64,000 bases of DNA from the human T2T-CHM13v2.0 reference genome, Homo sapiens. This document shows, in pieces, positions 55,833 through 64,000 of the stretch. A program made the translations under genes and the position numbers. Under the pieces are notes generated by a model. It searched no databases and was not told the origin of the DNA. It worked only from the letters and a program-made list of their open reading frames with translations. Positions within the stretch are counted from its first letter, which is position 1, and each line of letters starts with the position of its first letter. The stretch is from assembly GCF_009914755.1 (NCBI RefSeq), contig NC_060938.1. The stretch is one strand, 5' to 3'.

Positions 55833-57073
55833 CTGGCAGGAAGGAAACAGAAGTTAAAGGACTAAATCTATTTTGCAGGTCAACCCCGGGAACCTCAAAC
55901 CTCCAAAGACATTTCTTGTATGAGGCAAAGCTAGGATTCTTGTTTAAGATACAGAACCTTGCTCTATTGCTCAGGCGAGTGCAGAGGCATGATCATAGTT
56001 CACTGCAGCCTCAAGCTCCTGAACTCAAGTGATCCTCCTGTGTTGGCCTCCCAAAGCAATGGGATTAGAGGTATATGCCACTGTGCCTGGCCAAAGCAAG
56101 GAGTATTAACTCTGGGGTTAATCTTAGCTGTACTGCTTACTTGATCTGGGCATTTTAGATGAGTCATTTAATGTCTTAGAGCCTCAGTTTCTCATCTATA
56201 TAGTAACAGTAGAGTCACCCAAAATTAAGGCAAAATGGTAATAAGAAAACTTAAGCAGGCTAATTTTGGCTTTCAAAACTACTTTTTCCTATGACATCAT
56301 ACCTTTCCAACTTCTTATGGGGCTGAATCATGAAAGGTGCTTGGTGTACTGAAATATCTTGAGTCACAAAGCTATTTACTTCAGTTAGGGCTAACAGTAA
56401 TGCTTTTGAGACACTTGTATAGAGTTGGTATTTAAACAGAGCTATAAGGAACACCAAGCTGGACAGGGTGAGAAAATGAAAAGAGAAGGCCGGTCGCAGT
56501 GGCTCACGCCTGTAATCCCAGCACTTTGGGAGGCTGAGGCAGGCGGATCACGAGGTCAGGAGTCCGAGACCAACCTGGCCAACATGGTGAAACCCCGTCT
56601 CTACTAAAAATACAAAAATTAGTTGGGTGTAGTGGCGGGCGCCTGAAATCCCAGCTACGAGAGGCTGGGGCACCAGAATTGCTTCAACCTGGGAGGTGAA
56701 AGTTGCAGTGAGCTGAGATTGTGCCACTGTACTCCAGCCTAGGAACAGAGCAAGACTCCGTCTAAGAAAAAAAAAAAAAAAAAAAGAGAATGAAAAGAGA
56801 GTGCTGTAAACAGACAGAAAAAATGTTGCAGTGAGACACTGGGAATCCTGTTTGCTAAAAGTAAAAGCTAAAAAATCCTGTTTGCCCTCTTCTAGATGAA
56901 ATGTCCAACTGACGCTACAACTTCTGCTTCTGTTAATTACTTAGAAATGAATTTAGTATTTCAGGGGCTGAAGTTTTCTTTGTATGTGAGTATCTAATGG
57001 ATGGCTCATTACATTGGTTAAGAGACCCACTATGCAGTCATTGAAGTCAAAACATTAAAGGAAAAAACCTTTA

Positions 57074-57427
<354 letters not shown>

Positions 57428-59176
57428 TTATATATACACACACATATATACACACACACATATATATATATATATGAAACATTCTCTTTGAAAGAGAATG
57501 ATCTTTTATCTTATCAACTTCTCCAAGTGTGGAGATTCCTGGACAAAATACCAAAAGTTTGCTGATGTATAACCAGTCTCTATAATAAAAGGGCTATATG
57601 AAACCCTCTGACAGTACTATCAGCTGAGTTTTCCAGGTACCTAGGCACTGGTAAAACACTTTTAAGCATTTTGTCATGATTTCTTTAATAGGCCATACTT
57701 AATACTGCACTATAATTCAACACACTCTCAGAGGTGATGTTAGTGGACCTATTCTATCATATGCTAAACTGAACGACACCACTGAGCTTTTATAAAAGGT
57801 TTTCTCTTTCCTCCCTTGCCAGACTGTTAACCACCACTTTCCCCACCAGTCTCATCAGCTGGCTTGTAATAGTAACTTCTCTTAATTACTACTTTAATCT
57901 GCTTTGAGCTGAGGAACTAAACACCCAAGCTTTCATGTACTCAACACATACTGTACTTAGTACTGTTTTAGGTCCTGTACTAGACACATAATGGCTCATT
58001 CCCTGATGGCTGACATTCTAAAAAGCATGTACATATTATGGTAAAATGTAGGTAAAAGGAGCTGAATGAGAGTCTGAAGCGCTCTGGAGAGAAAAAGTAT
58101 ATTATTATTGGGGTGTGGACTTTCTGTATTTTGACAACTCTAAGACCACTTTTTTTCCCTAACAAATGAAGGTGCTGAAAAGCTGAGCTCAAGTATGCAA
58201 TCATTAACACTTAATACTGTAGCATCCCAATTTTATCAGAGCTGTTAGGAAGCTTGGAAAGAATGCCTCATCTAGACATCTGTGGACAACACCAAGAGCA
58301 AATTAAGGGACTGCATATCCTCAACGTTAAAGTGGATTGTAAAGAAAGAAAATATAAATTGGACTACAGTTTTGGTTCCCCGTTTTCCCTCTTGCCTGTT
58401 ATGTTCCCTTAAAAAAATAATTTTTAAAAAATCTATTTACTTGAGAACAGGTTATGAGACTGGCTAATTTTTTGTATTTTTGGCGGAAACGGGGGTCTTG
58501 CCATGCCCCAGGCTGGTCTCGAACCCCTGGGTTCAAGCGATCCACCCGCCTCGGCCTCCGAAGTGCGGGATTACAGGCTTGAGCCACCGCTCCCGGACTG
58601 TGTTCCCCTTCTTAATCTCCATGGGGAAAAGTTGAGAGAGAGAACGGTGCCTGTATTCCATATATACTTGTTTGCCATTTATTTTCAACACGGAGGGATT
58701 CTCAGAATCCTTCAATGACCTCCTTCTAAAAGAGCCAGAGGAGAAGACAGGGACTAGTTTTACGCACAGTGGCTTAACAAACAGCGCCGCATCCCTGTCA
58801 GTTCTGGGATTCCTCGGGAGTGGTTTTTTTTAAGCTGCAGAAGTCTACCCTACCGTCTACAAAGACGTTCTATGGGGTTTTACAAAAACCCAAACAGAAA
58901 TGTGAGGAGACAGTTACAGTAAGAAATAAACACGGATTCCCAGGCTCTTTTGACTGAGCGCCCCCGCCAGGAATGGCCGCCTAAAGAAACAGGCATCTCA
59001 ACGCTTTATTGCTAAGTGTGACGGTTAGTGGGGAGTTCGACTCTGCAGCCAAAGGAGGTCAGGAATCGTTCAATAACAATCGGTCTGGAGGTGAAAAGAG
59101 GCGAAGAAGACACGTAAGTCCCTCCAAGACGCGGGGCAAAGCGATGGAGAGACGCGCGCCACTCCTCTCTCTGTAC

Positions 59177-59568
<392 letters not shown>

Positions 59569-62143
59569 TGATGGAGATGTGGGAGTAGTGGAATTTTTAG
59601 GTCCAAGTGATCCTCAAAGCTTCTGCTTTTTGCAGGGTACTTAAGTCAGCGTGGTGGCTGAATTAGGAGACTGCTCCTGAGCATGCAAGTGAGCAGAAAG
59701 AAATTTTGTTTGCAGTTAACCGTTTAGGGATGTCCCTTGAGCTTTTGGGGTCACGAATGCACCGGCTCTTGCCTTTAGGAGTGATTTGGTGTAAAGATTT
59801 ATTACTTGGTAACCAAGATTTACAATTTAGAAGGGATAATTTTGACTGTAGTGTGGAGGATGGATTCAAGGTGGCAAGATTGTAGGCGTGCAGAGGAGCT
59901 AAAAGGCAATTTCATTAATTTACTTAAAACGTGAGGACCTGAATTAGGGCGATGGTAGAAGGATGGTGGTCAGATGCATTAATGTTTTAAAAGCAAATTA
60001 GATGCCGTTTCGTGATGGCTTAAGTGGGAGAAGTGTACGGAATAAAGGAAAGGGAGAAATGATTTCTGGGTTTTTAGCATTGGTGAATTGTTTGTTTAGA
60101 AGTTAGGAGCAGGCCAAGAGAAGATGAGTAAAGTTTGAATGTGTTGACTTTGAGAAACTTGTGAGGTTTCCGTCAGGCAATTGGACAAAGGTTGTATATC
60201 ATTGTGGCTGAGAAGTGGACTCCGAAGCTAGACCGTTGGGGTTAGAATTCCAACTTGGCCATTTAATCGTTGTTATCACTTGAATAACTGAAGTTAGTAT
60301 GGGAAAAGGGCTCACAACTGGGCCTCAGTTTACTCATCGATAAAATGGAGTCAATAATACCCAACTCATAGGATTGTTGAGAGGATTGAGTTTATATGCA
60401 AACTTCTTAGACTTGTGTTAGATACAGTGTAAGTACTCAGCAAATGATAGTTATTTTCACGGTAACTAAAATTGAAACTTACGGGAGAGGCCTAGTCTAC
60501 AGATAAAGGTTGGAATAATTAGTTCTGAAATCTTTCACCACCTTCAATTTTTGTCAGCTGCAGTTTTGAGATGAGGTTTTTATATTTGCTTACCAACATG
60601 TAAACATTCGTGGTCACTCTTTTTGTAGATATTCATGTTTCAGGTCAACCCCTGGAAACAAAATGGAGCAAGATTTAGTTTCTTCTAAGTTTTTAGTGGC
60701 TCAGATGTGAGTAGTAGAATGGGAAATAGGTTGGTTTGTGCCCCATGTTTTAAACATGTGGTTGGTGAAGACCAAGCCCAGTAAAGTCTCCCGTAGTCCC
60801 TGTGAAACTTTATGGAAAGGCTGAGGAGTTTCATTAGCATCTTGCGGATGCAAGTTTCCAGACAATAAAGGGCTAGTTTAAAACCCTTAAAAAGAGTCAG
60901 CATTATGTACAGCTTCGAAACAGTTTCTCTTTGTTGTTCCATTGATTCAGCAAATATTTATTTGAGTATCTATTCTGTGGTAGGCATTGTTCTTGGTGCT
61001 TGCAGCTGTTTTTCCTTCACCATTTTAGGCAATTTAGGAAGAGGGTTACCTTCCAGAGCTGGTTTGTTTTGAAATCAGTGTCTTCTAGGACTTTAATTAT
61101 CTGGTATAAAACATATGTTTAACATTATTTTGTTCTCCAGTATCATATTCTGTGAGACCTTGATCTTGCCAGTTGGTTTGACTTAACCATTAGAGCCCTT
61201 CAAAATTTAGTCTCTGTGGATTGTTGGAAGGATTAGTGGACTTTTACTTATTCATTTAGCCAATATTGAGGCCCTGCTGTTTATTGGTCACTGTAAACAT
61301 AGTGGTTTATATGCTGAGGGAGCTTACAATTAGTGGTGGGGATGAAGAGACTTAGAACAAATATAGGCAATTGTTGAACCAGTGAGGTTTTGGTGAACTA
61401 GGAGAACTAAATAGATATTATAAAAAGTAAATCAGTGAAGTACAAGCACTGTAGTTCAGAAGAGAAACAGATCGTGTAGTTTTTAGTCTTTAAGATTATA
61501 TACTCTAAATCTTTGAAGTCTCACAGGGCTGGTACATTGTCTTGTACTGTGATAGGAGCCCAATAAAGTAATACTCAGTGGATGTACTTGGTTTGGGTCT
61601 TGAAGGATAGTTATAGTGTTACAAGTTAGCCAGGGGGAGATAGGATTACCAACATATGGAGGGGAGAGAACAACATATGCAAAGAGGGTAACCCGCAGGA
61701 CAGATAAAGATAATTCAATTAGTTGTACTAGAGAGTAACTAGGGGCTAGCAGTGGGAAATAAGGCAGGAAGGGTAGGTGAGGGCAACTCAACACATTTTA
61801 CTAAATTGTGAAAGACCAGTAAGTTGGGATTTTATTTGGAAATCTTCAGTATACCGGGAAACACACTGGATTGTAATTTGTCTTTTTCTTCATTGTGATC
61901 TGCTCACAGGGATCATAGTCCACATAGCACAGTAACTGGTATGAAAACACTCGATATTTGCTGAGGATGGAGACTGCAGCCAACTCAACAACTTCTCTGT
62001 CCATCTCACCACCAAGTCTGGTACATTATGGCTTTATAGTCAGTACCATAGCTGCTTCCTAAATCTTAAGCCTTTAAGGAAATGCAAAGTAGTTCCTGTC
62101 CACAAGAAATCTGGTGACCCTGTCTTTCTACAGTCTAAGATAG

Positions 62144-62269
<126 letters not shown>

Positions 62270-62665
62270 TAGGTGGGAGGTGGGGATGGCTAATGGGTAC
62301 AAAAAAAATAGAATGAATAAGACCTATTTGATAGTACAACAGGGTGACTATGGTCAATAATAATTGTACATTTTAAAATAACTCAGAGTGTAATTGGATT
62401 ATTTGTAACTCAAAGGATAAATGCCTGAGGGGATGGATACCCCATAAGTCAAAGGATAAATGCTTGAGGGGATAGATACCCCATGCTCCATGATGTGCTT
62501 AATTTACATTGCATGCCTATATCAAAACATCTCATGTACTCCATAATAAATATACATATTTATATATATAAATATATACACCTAATAATATATAAATATA
62601 TATAAATATATACCCAAATAAATATATACACCTACTATACACTCACAAAAATTGTTGAAAAAAAA
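62270..62665 (+). mobile_element. L1 3' end (L1MA-like) at the start of SLIRP intron 2, with a 39-bp internal tandem duplication (62406-62484)
   Basis: aatgggtac...gaatgaataagacc...cagggtgactat...aaaggataaatgcttgaggggatggatacccc motifs; A-rich tail. Confidence 0.8.
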
Positions 62666-62798
62666 GCTTAAAGTGTTTTAAAAAATTCTTATCTTGCAAC
62701 AGGGTCTCGCTCTGTCCCCCTGCAGGGGTGCAGTGGCCTGATCTCACTGCAGCCTCTGCCTCCCAGGCTTAAGTGATCTTCCTGCCTTGGCCTCCTGA

Positions 62799-63026
<228 letters not shown>

Positions 63027-63400
63027 TGAGTAGCTGGGACTACAGGCATGCACCACCACACCTGGGTAATTTTTGTATTTTTTGTAGAGATGGGGTTTCG
63101 CCATGTTGCTTATGCTGGTCTCGTCGAACTCCTGGGCTCAAGCTATCCGCACACCTCGGCCTCCCAAAATGTTGAGATTACAGGTGTGAGCCACTGTGCT
63201 GGCTTATTTTTGTGGAGATGGGGGTCTTGCCATGTTGCCCAGGCTGATCTTGAACTCCTGGCTTCAAGCAATCCTCCTGCATTGGCCTCCCAAAGTGCTG
63301 GGATTACAGGCGTGAGCCACTGTGCCCGGCCTACAGTCTTTATTGATTACATTTTGAGTGATACTTGATTAAAAAGTGAAAAAGCTTTATCATAGGTATT

Positions 63401-63621
63401 TGTGTTAGTTTTTTTATTGTTGTATAACAAAATACCACAAGCATAATGGCTCAAAAACAACACATCTCTCACAGCTGAGCACAGTTTAGCTGGGTCCTCT
63501 CCTTAGGATCTCACATAGCTATATATTCCAGGTGTCAGCTGGGGCTGTGGTGTGTCTCATCAAAGGGTCAACTGGGGAAAAAGACTGACTTGCAAGCTCC
63601 CTCATGTGGTTGGCAAAATTC
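63401..63621 (-). mobile_element. MaLR LTR fragment (MLT1-type)
   Basis: tgtgttagttt...tgtataacaaaataccacaa is the reverse complement of an MLT1 3' end. Confidence 0.55.
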
Positions 63622-64000
63622 CTTTTTTTTTTTTTTTTTGAGATGGAGTCTTTCTCCCTTGCCTAAGCTGGAGTTGCAGTGGTGCAGTCTCAGCTTACTG
63701 CAACCTCTGCCTCCTGGGTTCAAGCCATTCTCCTGCCTCAGCCTCCTGAGTAGCTGGGACTACAGGCATGCGCCACCACGACCGGCTAATTTTTTTTTTT
63801 TTTTTTTTGAGACGGAGTCTCACTCTGTGGCCTAGGCTGGAGTGCAGTGGCGCGATCTCGGCTCACCACAAGCTCTGCCTCCTGGGTTCACGCCATTCTC
63901 CTGCCTCAGCCTCCTGAGTAGCTGGGACTACAGGCGCCCGCCACTACGCCCGGCTAATTTTTTGTATTTTTAGTAGAGATGGAGTTTCGCTATGTTGGCC

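Overview
Human (primate) genomic DNA. The gene pair matches the 14q24.3 ALKBH1/SLIRP locus as I recall it. The window holds the complete ALKBH1 coding sequence on the - strand: 6 exons (59359 to 25149) that splice at GT-AG junctions into exactly 1170 nt (389 aa plus stop). It also holds the first two coding exons of SLIRP on the + strand (from 59467). The two start codons are only 107 bp apart, across a symmetric CpG-rich bidirectional promoter. There are three processed pseudogenes (COX6C-, RPL21- and ZMYND19-derived), a full-length HERV-K(HML-2) LTR5 solo LTR, about 70 Alu copies or fragments (my manual count), and older MaLR/ERVL LTRs, hAT DNA transposons, L1/L2 remnants and microsatellites. 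Nearly all ORF-track entries are Alu-derived noise. I see no new multi-gene system. The most interesting unexplained signals are: (1) a 121-nt extra segment inside the ZMYND19 retrocopy at a probable exon junction, possibly a fossil poison exon; (2) a former near-zero-spacer Alu palindrome whose arms share private mutations, later split by a third Alu; (3) mirror-image TISU/YY1 and ETS architecture in the shared promoter; (4) a 106-nt cryptic poison exon in SLIRP intron 1; (5) a COX6C retrocopy that preserves ancestral residues. Repeat subfamily names and parent-protein comparisons are from memory and need RepeatMasker/BLAST confirmation.
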